64,000 bases of DNA from an uncultured bacterium. Its GTDB lineage: Bacteria > UBP6 > UBA1177. The position numbers and the translations under genes were made by a program. Below the pieces are notes generated by a model that made no database searches, was not told where the DNA came from, and worked only from the letters and a program-made list of their open reading frames with translations. This document shows, piece by piece, positions 1-9,768 of this stretch; the stretch's first letter is position 1, and every line of letters begins with the position of its first letter. The stretch is from assembly GCA_905233945.1 (NCBI GenBank), contig CAJOFY010000022.1, positions 1,490-65,489 on the forward strand, read 5' to 3'.

Positions 1-103
1 CCGCTCCAAACCCATTATTTAGTTACACAAGAGTGCCATTTTTATTGAAAAAAAGTGAAAAAATTTCAAAAAAAATAAAGTTTTCGAAAAAGTATCAATA
101 AAA

Positions 104-1720
104 TCAGCCATTTTTCCCTTTAAAAAAAGTAGAGGAAAATAAGAGCACGGACATGCAGAACACAACAATATCTGCCGCAAGGAGATTTCCGGCCATAAAA
201 TTTCCGGCAATCAGAGTCCCGGTCATCAGAAATGCGGAACTCATGCGTGTTATCATTTTTGACACAAATCTCCTCTCCGAAGTATTTAAAATAACCATCA
301 TTCTGTGCTGAATGGTACCGTTTTCCAGTTTTTCAGTGATGTTCGTTATCGAATCGGGCATGGCATGAATCGTATCCACGATTTTTTCGACCGCGCTCGT
401 CGCTTCGGCAGCGATGTTTTCAGGAGTGAATTTCTGCAGCATGACCTCTTTTGCAAGTTTCCCTGCAACGGTCATCAACTCGAAATCGGGGTCAAGTTTT
501 CTGCAAAGTCCTTCAATCATTGAGAAACTTTTTATAAGCTGGGTAAGTTCATGCGGAATTTTCAGTTTGTATTTAAAGATAACGACCGAAATTTTGCTGA
601 CGAGCTCTGCAGTGTTTATCTCGGCTAAATTATCAGGCAGATCCTGAAAAATATTGCTTAAATCGCGGACAAAAAGCTCTTTGTCGGGAATTTCCTCGCC
701 TTCGTTGAGCTCAAGGCAGATTCTTGCCGTTCTTTCCCAGTCTTTAGCGACAAAAGCAATAAAAAGATCAGCCAGCTTGTTGCGCATATACTTGTCGACA
801 TATCCGCACATTCCGGTATCTATAATAGCTATCTTGTTGTTTTTCTTAAAGAAAATATTGCCTTCGTGCAAGTCTGCGTGGAAAAATCCGTCGTTGAGAA
901 TCATTTTCATCAGAACATCCGCTCCGCGTTCGGCAATAATCCTTCTGTCAAAAAGCTCTTCGTTTTCCGGAAGTATCACTTCATCCAGCTTCATTGCGAA
1001 AATTCTTTCCATTACAAGCATGGCGCCGGTACAGTACTCGCTGTACATTTTAGGGAACTGAAGCCAGCTCCACTTAGGAGAACTGAAATTTCTGATGAAT
1101 TTTTCGTTGTTCGACTTTTCTATAAGCAGATTGAGCTCTGTGTTCATTGTCTGGAAAAACTCATCGGCTATGGCTTCAAAATCTATATTCTGCGAATAGG
1201 ATGTTTTGTTTATGTAGTGCGCAATCGTCAAAATGAGCCCCATGTCGTCACGGATTGTCTCTGTGATCCCCGGTTTTCTTACCTTTACAACAACTTTTTC
1301 GCCCGTTTCCTTCAAAGTCGCGCCGTAAACCTGCGAAATCGAGGCCGAAGCAATCGGATTTTCGTCAAATTCAGAGAAAACATCCTCTATTTTTGCACAC
1401 AATTCACTTTCAATTATCGGTTTCATCAGGTCGAATCCGATAGGTTTCACGTTGTCGGTCAGCTTTTTGAACTCTTCAGCCATCGTGGCCGGAATAATAT
1501 CGCTTCTGAGCGACATCATCTGCCCTAATTTTATAAAGGTCGTGCCGAGTTCCTCGAACGCCTCGCGGATATTTTTCTCAAGCCTGCCGTCGGTTTCCTC
1601 TTCCGAAGGTTTTTTGATTCCGAACTTTTTGAAAAGTGCCTGAGGAAGATACTTGCCGAGCCCGTGCTTGTTGAGAACGGCAATGATTTCCCTGGTTCTT
1701 TTAAATTTGTTAAGATCCAT
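104..1720 (-). CDS. AarF/UbiB/ABC1 family kinase-like protein
   Basis: Motifs FIKLGQMMS, PIASASISQVY, VVVKVRKP, GFFHADLHEGN, IIDTGMCG; C-terminal hydrophobic helices. Confidence 0.9.
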   Translation of the reverse strand: MDLNKFKRTREIIAVLNKHGLGKYLPQALFKKFGIKKPSEEETDGRLEKNIREAFEELGTTFIKLGQMMSLRSDIIPATMAEEFKKLTDNVKPIGFDLMKPIIESELCAKIEDVFSEFDENPIASASISQVYGATLKETGEKVVVKVRKPGITETIRDDMGLILTIAHYINKTSYSQNIDFEAIADEFFQTMNTELNLLIEKSNNEKFIRNFSSPKWSWLQFPKMYSEYCTGAMLVMERIFAMKLDEVILPENEELFDRRIIAERGADVLMKMILNDGFFHADLHEGNIFFKKNNKIAIIDTGMCGYVDKYMRNKLADLFIAFVAKDWERTARICLELNEGEEIPDKELFVRDLSNIFQDLPDNLAEINTAELVSKISVVIFKYKLKIPHELTQLIKSFSMIEGLCRKLDPDFELMTVAGKLAKEVMLQKFTPENIAAEATSAVEKIVDTIHAMPDSITNITEKLENGTIQHRMMVILNTSERRFVSKMITRMSSAFLMTGTLIAGNFMAGNLLAADIVVFCMSVLLFSSTFFKGKNG

Positions 1721-1728
1721 CTTTCACC

Positions 1729-2448
1729 TTACAGATAAGTTCTGACAAATATTTTGTCACGTTTCGTGATGCGCCTCATTTCCATCGCCATTCTTTCAAG
1801 CTGCTCCGTTGAATAGCTTTCCGATGCCTTCGCCTCAGCCGAATAAGCGTTGTCACAGATAAATTTCTGTAGATAATAAACAGCGTTTTCCGGAATAAAA
1901 TCAGCCATTTTGCAAAGACGCTCGTAACTTTCCACAAGTTTCGGATACATCGTCGTGCGGTATTCGACTTTAGAATTCGTCTGCTTTTCCAGAAGCTCTT
2001 TTGTGGCAAGAAGTTTCTGCTCGACCTCTTTTTTCGGAAGTTTGCAGCCGAGTTCGCCGTAAAGGTCGGGAGTCGTTTTTATGTCGATCGCGATATACGA
2101 AAGATAAGGCAAAATTTTTTCAATAAATTCAGGCTTTAATCCGTTTGAATCGATCTTCACGTCGATACCGAAACGCTCTTTTATCTCTTTCACAAGGTCG
2201 ATAAGTTCATCGTAAAGCGAAGTCTCTCCGCCAGAAAACGAAACACCGTCGATGAATTTCAGCCTTTTCTGGATATCGGAAATTATATAATCCCTCGAAA
2301 GCCATTTTTCCTGCGGCGGAACCTCGAAAAGCGAGGAATTATGGCAGTAAGGACAGCGGAGATTACAGCCCGAAAAGAAAAAAAGAGTCGCAATTTTTTC
2401 CGGAAAATCGACTAACGAAGTCTGGACCTGACCGGTTATCGGAAGCAT
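1729..2448 (-). CDS. Anaerobic ribonucleotide reductase activating protein-like radical SAM enzyme
   Basis: SLVDFPEKIA...GCNLRCPYCHN (CxxxCxxC), GVSFSGGE, KIDSNG, IAIDIK, EYRTT. Confidence 0.8.
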   Translation of the reverse strand: MLPITGQVQTSLVDFPEKIATLFFFSGCNLRCPYCHNSSLFEVPPQEKWLSRDYIISDIQKRLKFIDGVSFSGGETSLYDELIDLVKEIKERFGIDVKIDSNGLKPEFIEKILPYLSYIAIDIKTTPDLYGELGCKLPKKEVEQKLLATKELLEKQTNSKVEYRTTMYPKLVESYERLCKMADFIPENAVYYLQKFICDNAYSAEAKASESYSTEQLERMAMEMRRITKRDKIFVRTYL

Positions 2449-2663
2449 TTTTCCCTCCTGAAAAACAAAAAACGCAGGATACTACCACAAAAGAGCAAAA
2501 AGGACAATTCTTTCAATACCCGAAAGCGATACGAAGCACGGATTTCAGCAATCAATCTCAAGAGAATTAAGCGGAAGTTTTTGTTAGCAAACCTTTCGAT
2601 TTGATTCCATCGAATGGGGGCATTGGGGAAGCTCTAAGCTGTTATTCTATCAATTTTTTGTCT

Positions 2664-3290
2664 CTAATCAGCTCTTCTGACACAACGGACACTGATACCA
2701 TTATCATCCACGCGGGTCATCCCCACCGAACCGGACATGAAATCCACAAAATAATGATAGGAACTGTCAGTGAAATTATCAAGGGCAGATGAAGACCACA
2801 GAGTAGTTTCCCTCGTCTCTCCAATATCCAATTTGCTGTATTGACCAGGATTGTCGAAATCGGAAGGGCAGCCGGAGCAGGCATCATTTCTGCAGTCAGA
2901 ATAAACCAGACAGTTGTTGGTAACTCCGCATTCTCCGCCAGTCTGTGTTGCAGGACAGTTCTTGATAAGAGAACGAAGCTCGTCGATAGTCGGCAAACGC
3001 CAGTTTGAATAACCGCATGCAGTCAGATTATCGCAGCCTGAGAAGGCATCATACCAACTATGGGAGTGCCACACTTCTGACCATATTCTGCCGTTTTCCT
3101 GAATGCATGAACCAGAATCAATGTCGTCGTTGTCATTTACAGAATCATCAGAGGAATCGCCGGAAAGCGAACCCGTTTCTCCCACGGAATCGCTGCCGTT
3201 ATCGGCTGTTTTTCCGGAATTGCCGCTGCCTCCGCAGCCAAAAATAACAAGCGACACGCAAAAAAGCCCTAAAACAATGATTTTCTTCAT
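2664..3290 (-). CDS. DUF1566 (Lcl C-terminal) domain lipoprotein
   Basis: Lipobox VIFGC after MKKIIVL (likely start 3290); Ser/Asp linker; WRLPTIDELRSL, LWSSS, VRCVR motifs. Confidence 0.8.
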   Translation of the reverse strand: MKKIIVLGLFCVSLVIFGCGGSGNSGKTADNGSDSVGETGSLSGDSSDDSVNDNDDIDSGSCIQENGRIWSEVWHSHSWYDAFSGCDNLTACGYSNWRLPTIDELRSLIKNCPATQTGGECGVTNNCLVYSDCRNDACSGCPSDFDNPGQYSKLDIGETRETTLWSSSALDNFTDSSYHYFVDFMSGSVGMTRVDDNGISVRCVRRAD

Positions 3291-3356
3291 GAAACCCTCG
3301 AAATGAAAAGTGCATAAAATCAACGCAAAGCATAAAGAAAGTATGGATTTTTTCAA

Positions 3357-4130
3357 TTACGCTTTTCTGTTCACCAGATGATAGTCTCTCTGCGCTGTCG
3401 GATAAATTATCATGTCTGAAACATTGACGTGCGGAGGTCTTGTGACAACATAAAGAACCGCGTCGGCGATGTCTTCTGCGTGGAGCGGCTCGTAACCTTC
3501 GTAAACTTTGTCGGAGCGGGCCTGATCACCTTCAAATCTGACCATGCTGAACTCTGTTTCGACTGCGCCGGGATCGATCGTGGTCACGCGCAGCGATGTT
3601 TTGAGAAGATCTTTTCTGAGACCGTTCGTTATCGCGTTGACGGCATGTTTTGTAGCGCAATAGACCGTGCCGCCGGGATATGTTCCGCGTCCTGCGGTCG
3701 AACCGATGTTTACGATGTGACCTTTGTCGCGTTTTACCATTCCTGGAAGGACGGCTTTCGTGACATAAAGCAGACCTTTGACGTTCGTGTCGATCATCTG
3801 CTCCCAATCGGAAATTTTGTTGTCGTAAAGCGGCGTCATGTCTTTTGCAAGGCCGGCGTTATTTACCAGAATCTCAATATTTTTAAATGCTTTTGGAAGT
3901 TTCGCGAAAAATTTTTCGACATCTTTCTGGTTTCTGACATCAAGAACTCCGCCGAAGCATTTGATTCCGTATTTTTCAGTCAGATACTCCGCGAAATCTT
4001 TGATTTTATCCTCTCTTCTCGCCGAAATTACAAGGTTGCAGCCAGCTTCCGCCAGAGCTTCGGCAGTTGCCGCGCCTATTCCCGAACTTGCACCCGTCAC
4101 ACATGCGGTTTTTCCAGAAATATCGAACAT
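3357..4130 (-). CDS. SDR family NAD(P)-dependent oxidoreductase (YdfG-like)
   Basis: TGASSGIG, NNAG, YCATK (YxxxK), DPGAVETEFS. Confidence 0.9.
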   Translation of the reverse strand: MFDISGKTACVTGASSGIGAATAEALAEAGCNLVISARREDKIKDFAEYLTEKYGIKCFGGVLDVRNQKDVEKFFAKLPKAFKNIEILVNNAGLAKDMTPLYDNKISDWEQMIDTNVKGLLYVTKAVLPGMVKRDKGHIVNIGSTAGRGTYPGGTVYCATKHAVNAITNGLRKDLLKTSLRVTTIDPGAVETEFSMVRFEGDQARSDKVYEGYEPLHAEDIADAVLYVVTRPPHVNVSDMIIYPTAQRDYHLVNRKA

Positions 4131-4207
4131 TTTCCACCTCGAAAAAGTTTATAAACAACAAAAACGGGGCAATTATACTCAAAATTTCAGAAATTTCGAC
4201 AGAAAAC

Positions 4208-5602
4208 TTATTTTTTATCAGATTTGAGAAGTTCTTCGTACGCACCGGTAAGATTTTTTCCGCTGCGCGATGATTCAAGGAGAAATTTTTCGAGCGGAGC
4301 ACGCCAGCTCACGGTTGTCGTAACACCTTGGGAATCTGTAAAGCGGTAGCCGTCTCCTCCTTTGTAGATAAAGTCGGTCGTAACGACCCTATAAGTTTTT
4401 TCAGCGTCGATTTTTTCAATATTTTTAAGACAGTAGGCATTTTCAGAAAGTGATATATTGTAAATCAGGTCCTCGCCTTTGATCGTTGCGGCAACGATGA
4501 AATTGTCGAAAGGAAAAATCGAAAGAATGTCGCTTTTTTTGACATCACCCGCCTTTATCGAGTCCCTGAAACCGCCGGGATTGCTGAGCGCAGCATCGTA
4601 ATCGGGAAATGATTCAAGCATCGAACAGACGAAAAGTTTCTGCAAAACCGGCGTGTCAAGCGGTTTGTCGGCAAAAATAAGTTTCGCGCCGGCTGTTTTT
4701 TCAAGCTGCACAAGATATTTGTCGAGAGTTTTTTTGACTTCGAGCGAACCTTTTGATTTCAGCGATATTTCCCTTTTCAGAGGAACGATTTCCGCTTTGA
4801 CGACTTTCGAATTTTCACCTTTTTTTTCAATCATAACCTTCGCATAGCTCTTGAGATAGCCTGCGTTCTGGACAAAAAAGACACCCTTGATCTGTTCAAC
4901 TGCCTCTTTATGGTCGTGGCCGGTAAAGACGACAAGCGGCTTTTGCCTGAGATTTTCGACCCACTTTTCCGCATCTTTGTACGATTCATGCGCAATAACG
5001 ATATTGACAGGAGCTTTTTCCTTTGCTATCGCCCGCGACACCGGAGCAGCAGGGTTTGTCAGCAGCGATTCCATGAAAACCTCAGCTGTCGTTATCCGTT
5101 TCGTCTCTTCGGTTATTGTTGCGACAAAAAGCATTTTCGTATTTCCGGCATAGTGTACAAAATACGGTTCCAGCACAGTTTTCATATCTTTTGAGACAAG
5201 GTTTGAAGATATATAGGGCATTTTTGCCAGACGGCTGTTGTCCGCCAGCGCAGTTTTGCCGAAATCAAAATCGTGGTTGCCTAAAGCTGAAACTTTGTAG
5301 CCCAAAAGTCCCATTGTTTCAGCCATTGATGCCCCTCTAAAAAATGTCGAAACGGCTGTTCCGGTATAGCTGTCTCCGCCCGAAATCTTGACAATCGAGC
5401 AGTTTTTGCAGTTTTCCGCCTCTTCCTCCCACATTTCGTAAAGAGCGACACCTTTGTACCAGCCGTCGTTTTCGTAGATGTGGCCGTGTTCGTCATTGGT
5501 GTAGAGCAGAAGAATCGTCTCAGTTTTTTCTTCGCCGAAGAAGCTGCATCCGCTCAGGAGAAAAATTAAAAAAACTATCAAAAACCGGCTGTTCATTTTC
5601 AC
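4208..5602 (-). CDS. Bifunctional metallophosphatase/5'-nucleotidase lipoprotein
   Basis: Lipobox LSGC; TNDEHG, GGDSYTG, GNHDFDFG, GHDH; C-terminal NPGGFR and PFDN. Confidence 0.85.
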   Translation of the reverse strand: MKMNSRFLIVFLIFLLSGCSFFGEEKTETILLLYTNDEHGHIYENDGWYKGVALYEMWEEEAENCKNCSIVKISGGDSYTGTAVSTFFRGASMAETMGLLGYKVSALGNHDFDFGKTALADNSRLAKMPYISSNLVSKDMKTVLEPYFVHYAGNTKMLFVATITEETKRITTAEVFMESLLTNPAAPVSRAIAKEKAPVNIVIAHESYKDAEKWVENLRQKPLVVFTGHDHKEAVEQIKGVFFVQNAGYLKSYAKVMIEKKGENSKVVKAEIVPLKREISLKSKGSLEVKKTLDKYLVQLEKTAGAKLIFADKPLDTPVLQKLFVCSMLESFPDYDAALSNPGGFRDSIKAGDVKKSDILSIFPFDNFIVAATIKGEDLIYNISLSENAYCLKNIEKIDAEKTYRVVTTDFIYKGGDGYRFTDSQGVTTTVSWRAPLEKFLLESSRSGKNLTGAYEELLKSDKK

Positions 5603-5614
5603 CTCAAAAATCTG

Positions 5615-8422
5615 TTAAATCCCTACATTGAAATAAAAACTGACATCGTGTGTATCGGTTAGTCCGTATCCTGTTCCGAAAATGAACATCACGGGAGCAC
5701 GGTAGACAATGTATGTCAGAAGCCTGATTTCAAAGCCTGTTGAAGCAGAAAAATGACCGTTGAAAACTGAAACATCGTCAAAAACCGTTCCTGCATCGAA
5801 GAAAACAGCTCCCTGAATGTTTCTGAACATGAGCGGAAACGCGCCAAGGTTGCTTTCAAGCGAAACGATGTGGAACTGAAGCTCATTCCTTGACAAAAAA
5901 GCGTGATGACCTTCAGCCACGGTTCCGTTGAAGCCGCGCATAAGAAGCGAATATGAATTCCGGCCGATAAAATCGTTCAAATCGGTGATTCTTCTCTCTT
6001 CTTCCGCGCCGGTCACAGAAATTTCCTCATCCGAAAGGAATTCCATATAAAACGAATTTTTTGTAACAAATCCCAGCTTTCCGCTTTTTGAAAGGAGAAA
6101 ACTCAAAGTTATCTGCGGCGCGAATGTCAGTTCCTCGTTTTTAGTGAGGAAAAGTTTTGAAAAAACAACCGGGGCTGAAAACGAGAAATTGTTCATCGGC
6201 TCGCTCAAAAAACGGCTCGACGAATTAAAATTGAGGTTGAAAGTATAATTCAAGCCGAAACTCAAAATCACGTCGTCTTCGTCTTTCGCCCTCTCCTGTT
6301 GCGGCTTTCGCGGTTCTTTGACATCCATCGTGACTCCGCCGATCCCGGCACTCCAGCCTAAAGAATGACCGACTGAAACGACGTCGGAAAGCGCGCCTGC
6401 CGCCGGATGGCTGAAAACGCCTGTAGATGCAGCGCCGAGCATAAAACGGTTCGTCAGAACGCGGGAAACATCGGGATCATCAACATTTTCAGTCTGATTT
6501 GAATAGTTGAAAAACGCGCGGAATGAAGGGAGGACCGCATCATCGTAATAGTTGAGAAGCACATAGTGACGGCCGCTCCCGCCGAAAGTTTTTGTGTAAG
6601 TTATATCGTAGGAGCGCATCTGGTCATTCGATTTTCCCATTACAGTCGCACCGACAAGCCAGACATCGAAATTGGTCGAAAACTGCGGATACCAGAGCGA
6701 TGGAAACATTCCTTCGTAAAATTTTGCTTTCGAAAGTTCGTGCTTCAGCTCATCCTTTTTCCCTTTTTCAACCGTAGTGACACTTGCCTGCAAAGTTTCC
6801 GCGCCGTTTTCATCGATCTCGCAGGAATCGGGATAGAATCCGTCGTTATCGAAAGTGAGAAAATATACTTTTTTGTCAAAAACTTTCGGAAAAATTGCTG
6901 TTTCAGACAATGTACAGAGCTGAACCGCCTCGTTTTTTTCCAAATTCAGGCGCATCGGAACTATTTTTGCCCCTTTTTCGCTTGAAAACACCAGGGTTTT
7001 GTCATTCTCGAAGTGGACGCTGTACTGCTCGCCGGGAATGTCGATTTCCTTGAGTTCGCCGCTTTCGATATCAAAAAGGAAAATGTTCTTCTCGCTTTCA
7101 AAGCGGTTTCCGCTGAAGGCCATGATTTTTCCGTCTTCCGAAAAAGTTAGGCTGTAGATCGAATCGATTTTCGGAAATTCCCATTCTTTCAGAACTTTGC
7201 CGCTGTAATCGATTTGCGTTATGCGGTTTATTCCGTCACGGAAAGATGTGAAAAATATGTCATCGTTTTTACCGAAAAAGGCTTCGAGAACGCTTCCGTT
7301 TTCGGTGAGCTGACGAATCTGCGAATTTTTTTCCTTCAAAAAGAGTTCGGATCTCGAGAACCTGCCGCCGTTCTGCACTGTCTGAGTGAAAATAGTGATT
7401 TCATCCTTTTCAGCAAACGAATCGACGCGGCTCATAAGCCCCAGCTTATTCATTTTTCTGCCGTCAAAACTAAAAAGCGCACGTTCCGACTGGTTTGCGG
7501 CAAAAAAGCGGTAATCAGTGGAGTCAAGATCGGCGTAAACTGTCGAAAAACGTTCTTCCGTCCAGGGTTTTGCGGCTTTTTTTGACTCATTCAGAACCCG
7601 TTCGCGGTTTCCACGGATAAAATCTTTGTAAAGCCCGTAGATCGACTTGTGGAAAGCCATTTTTCCGGCACGCGTCATGAGAAACGGGAAAAAGTCGTCG
7701 CTCAGTTCCTCGAAAAAGCGTTTCATCCCGTCGGCACCGACCTTTTCAACAAGATAGCTGTAGAAAAAAGTGCCGTAAAGATAAGGGAGATTGCCGCCGA
7801 GCCAGTGGTCAGTGACACCCGAAAGCTCGCCTAACTTCAACTCAGTTCCCGCCTTGAAAAATGAGTCGAGATAACTTTTGTAAAGCGGACTGTTGAGACG
7901 CCCCTTCCCTTCCGAAATGCTTTCGCTGTAAACCGCCGCACCTTCGATCATCCAGGTCGGAACCGTTCCGCCGATGAAGTAGAAATCACCGAAAATGAGG
8001 TTCATCACTCTCGGAAATCCGCGCGCCTGCCCGATCTGCGTCGAATGGGTGTATTCGTGGACATGCAGACCGAATTCCCAGTTTTTGTAACTTGAAAGCG
8101 TGGAATATCTTTCCGGAGGATAAATATAGAGAAATATTGAGTTTTTCATAAAAGCATTAGACCAGCCGTTCGCCGTGTCGGTCTCTCTGTCGTAAACCAC
8201 GGCAATCTTTTTTTTCGGAGTCCAGCCATAAAGTTCTTTTATGAACTCTTCGGAACGCTCGGCATCAGCGATGAGCCTGTCAATGACCGACGGATCAAGA
8301 TTCGATGAAAAATAAAGGATCTGGTGCTCAGTCTCATACTTTGAAAATGAGACAGCTTCTTCAGCAAAAAGGGTGAAAGAGAAAAGAAACGTTAAAAGTG
8401 AGATTAGAAGTAATTTTTTCAA
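5615..8422 (-). CDS. Outer-membrane protein with N-terminal gluzincin/peptidase MA-like domain, beta-propeller region and BamA/TamA-like C-terminal barrel
   Basis: Signal peptide; VHEYTH + PTWMIEGAAVY; C-terminal MRGF, GAVFFDAG, FYFNVGI beta-signal-like end. Confidence 0.65.
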   Translation of the reverse strand: MKKLLLISLLTFLFSFTLFAEEAVSFSKYETEHQILYFSSNLDPSVIDRLIADAERSEEFIKELYGWTPKKKIAVVYDRETDTANGWSNAFMKNSIFLYIYPPERYSTLSSYKNWEFGLHVHEYTHSTQIGQARGFPRVMNLIFGDFYFIGGTVPTWMIEGAAVYSESISEGKGRLNSPLYKSYLDSFFKAGTELKLGELSGVTDHWLGGNLPYLYGTFFYSYLVEKVGADGMKRFFEELSDDFFPFLMTRAGKMAFHKSIYGLYKDFIRGNRERVLNESKKAAKPWTEERFSTVYADLDSTDYRFFAANQSERALFSFDGRKMNKLGLMSRVDSFAEKDEITIFTQTVQNGGRFSRSELFLKEKNSQIRQLTENGSVLEAFFGKNDDIFFTSFRDGINRITQIDYSGKVLKEWEFPKIDSIYSLTFSEDGKIMAFSGNRFESEKNIFLFDIESGELKEIDIPGEQYSVHFENDKTLVFSSEKGAKIVPMRLNLEKNEAVQLCTLSETAIFPKVFDKKVYFLTFDNDGFYPDSCEIDENGAETLQASVTTVEKGKKDELKHELSKAKFYEGMFPSLWYPQFSTNFDVWLVGATVMGKSNDQMRSYDITYTKTFGGSGRHYVLLNYYDDAVLPSFRAFFNYSNQTENVDDPDVSRVLTNRFMLGAASTGVFSHPAAGALSDVVSVGHSLGWSAGIGGVTMDVKEPRKPQQERAKDEDDVILSFGLNYTFNLNFNSSSRFLSEPMNNFSFSAPVVFSKLFLTKNEELTFAPQITLSFLLSKSGKLGFVTKNSFYMEFLSDEEISVTGAEEERRITDLNDFIGRNSYSLLMRGFNGTVAEGHHAFLSRNELQFHIVSLESNLGAFPLMFRNIQGAVFFDAGTVFDDVSVFNGHFSASTGFEIRLLTYIVYRAPVMFIFGTGYGLTDTHDVSFYFNVGI

Positions 8423-8434
8423 GGGAGATAAAAT

Positions 8435-8662
8435 TTATGCAACCTTACGATAATCGATTACCGAGATTTCCTGCATTATCTTTTTTGCGGCATCCACAAG
8501 TTGTTCCAAGCGTTCCGCTGTTTCTTCGGAATAATACTTTTCACCGCACTGGCTGCATTCCTCGCACGGAACATTCTTAATGATGATCACGCAATTGTTA
8601 TAGTTGACAACATGCGTCGTGGTCGAAGCCTTTAATTCAGAATTTTTGCAATACATACACAT
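8435..8662 (-). CDS. YgiT-type zinc finger protein (MqsA-like type II antitoxin)
   Basis: MCMYC...IIKNVPCEECSQCGEKY; directly downstream of the DUF4258 gene. Confidence 0.85.
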   Translation of the reverse strand: MCMYCKNSELKASTTTHVVNYNNCVIIIKNVPCEECSQCGEKYYSEETAERLEQLVDAAKKIMQEISVIDYRKVA

Positions 8663-8974
8663 TTATTTTGTCCTCCGTGTCTTTAAATCGCTTTCAAATT
8701 TATCCTTATCGGGAAAATATGCGGTCACAATATGTAAAAACTGTCCGTCGGTTCCACAAACTGTATGCAGAACGCGACCTTCCACATTGTGTCCGAATAC
8801 CAATGTACTCGGAATCGGGAAATCATTCGGATATTCCTCAATTATTTCACCGTTCATTATGCAGTTTTTAACGTCAGCTATCGAAATATTCCGTTCCTGC
8901 ATCCGCTCTAACCCGTGTTTTGTCCATTTTATTTTAGATGCTGAACACAATTTTTTTAGTGTTTCGATTTCCAT
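8663..8974 (-). CDS. DUF4258 domain protein (putative RelE-fold toxin)
   Basis: WTKHGLERMQERNI, GEIIEEYPND, LHTVC, IVTAYFPD. Confidence 0.85.
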   Translation of the reverse strand: MEIETLKKLCSASKIKWTKHGLERMQERNISIADVKNCIMNGEIIEEYPNDFPIPSTLVFGHNVEGRVLHTVCGTDGQFLHIVTAYFPDKDKFESDLKTRRTK

Positions 8975-8991
8975 ACGAAGCTCCTGAAAAC

Positions 8992-9013
8992 GAGACGTGT
9001 CAGGTCACGTCTC
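8992..9013. promoter_or_regulatory. Palindrome in the TA operon leader (possible operator or hairpin)
   Basis: GAGACGTG-tcaggt-CACGTCTC between promoter and start of the DUF4258 gene. Confidence 0.45.
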
Positions 9014-9030
9014 TACCACAAAAACCGCTG

Positions 9031-9060
9031 TATTATACTGAATTTTCCTAAAAATGCGAG
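9031..9060 (-). promoter_or_regulatory. Putative sigma70 promoter of the DUF4258/YgiT TA operon
   Basis: Minus strand CTCGCA-17 nt-TATAAT; 26/30 identical to 46442-46471. Confidence 0.55.
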
Positions 9061-9100
9061 TCTTTATTTCGTTGTATTTCCGGGAATTATTGCGATTTCG

Positions 9101-9136
9101 TTCAGTTCCCGTCAGTCAAATCGATCACTTGCGGTC
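9101..9136. repeat. 36-bp direct repeat, copy 1 (encodes RPQVIDLTDGN* on minus strand)
   Basis: ttcagttcccgtcagtcaaatcgatcacttgcggtc, compared with 12681-12716. Confidence 0.85.
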
Positions 9137-9671
9137 TATTCATTCTTTCTTCAATGAAATTCTTTATGCATAGCAGATCTTCCTTGTCTCCTTTTAGATA
9201 GAATGTCGCGATGTTGTCTGCTCCGCTTTTTGAGATTTCATTGTAGTTTACCTGTAAAATTTCTTCCCAAAGGACTTTTTTCATTGTTATGGAATTTATA
9301 TCTTTTATTCCGATTTCCAATGCTTTCTCAGTCACTAATCCTATACGGTCATGAAAAAGCAGAACATTGCATAGGGAAACGTTGATTCTTCCTCCAAGAA
9401 CAGCTGCGCGTGCTGAATGCTCATCATTATATCCGAAAAAAATTTTGCAATATTCTAAAATTTTTACCGGCTTTTCTTTTGCCTGAAGTTCTTTAGTTTT
9501 CGTATTCTGTTTTTTACGGGACCAAATTTCAGCCACAATAACAAGTACGAAAAAAATACCAGGAATAATTGTCCGAAATATGAGATCTGATGTCGAATGG
9601 GGTCTCGATTCAGCTTTTCCGAAAACGCTGAAACAAAAAAGAAAAATTGTTGAAAATATTATGCTTTTCAT
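9102..9671 (-). CDS. Hypothetical membrane protein
   Basis: 189-aa ORF with N-terminal hydrophobic segments; AT-rich. Confidence 0.55.
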   Translation of the reverse strand: MKSIIFSTIFLFCFSVFGKAESRPHSTSDLIFRTIIPGIFFVLVIVAEIWSRKKQNTKTKELQAKEKPVKILEYCKIFFGYNDEHSARAAVLGGRINVSLCNVLLFHDRIGLVTEKALEIGIKDINSITMKKVLWEEILQVNYNEISKSGADNIATFYLKGDKEDLLCIKNFIEERMNRPQVIDLTDGN

Positions 9672-9768
9672 TCGTATTTGTCGTTTGGTTCACAAACTTG
9701 TTCGTAAATTATTTTACAATTAAGTTTGTCATACATCACATATTCTCTGTATTTTTCGTTCATAAAAC

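Noticed and set aside
2510-2660. Possible c-di-GMP-I riboswitch (GCAAACC...)
   Set aside because: Lacks the GNRA loop, GCAAA junction and receptor helix, and faces away from the neighbouring minus-strand genes.
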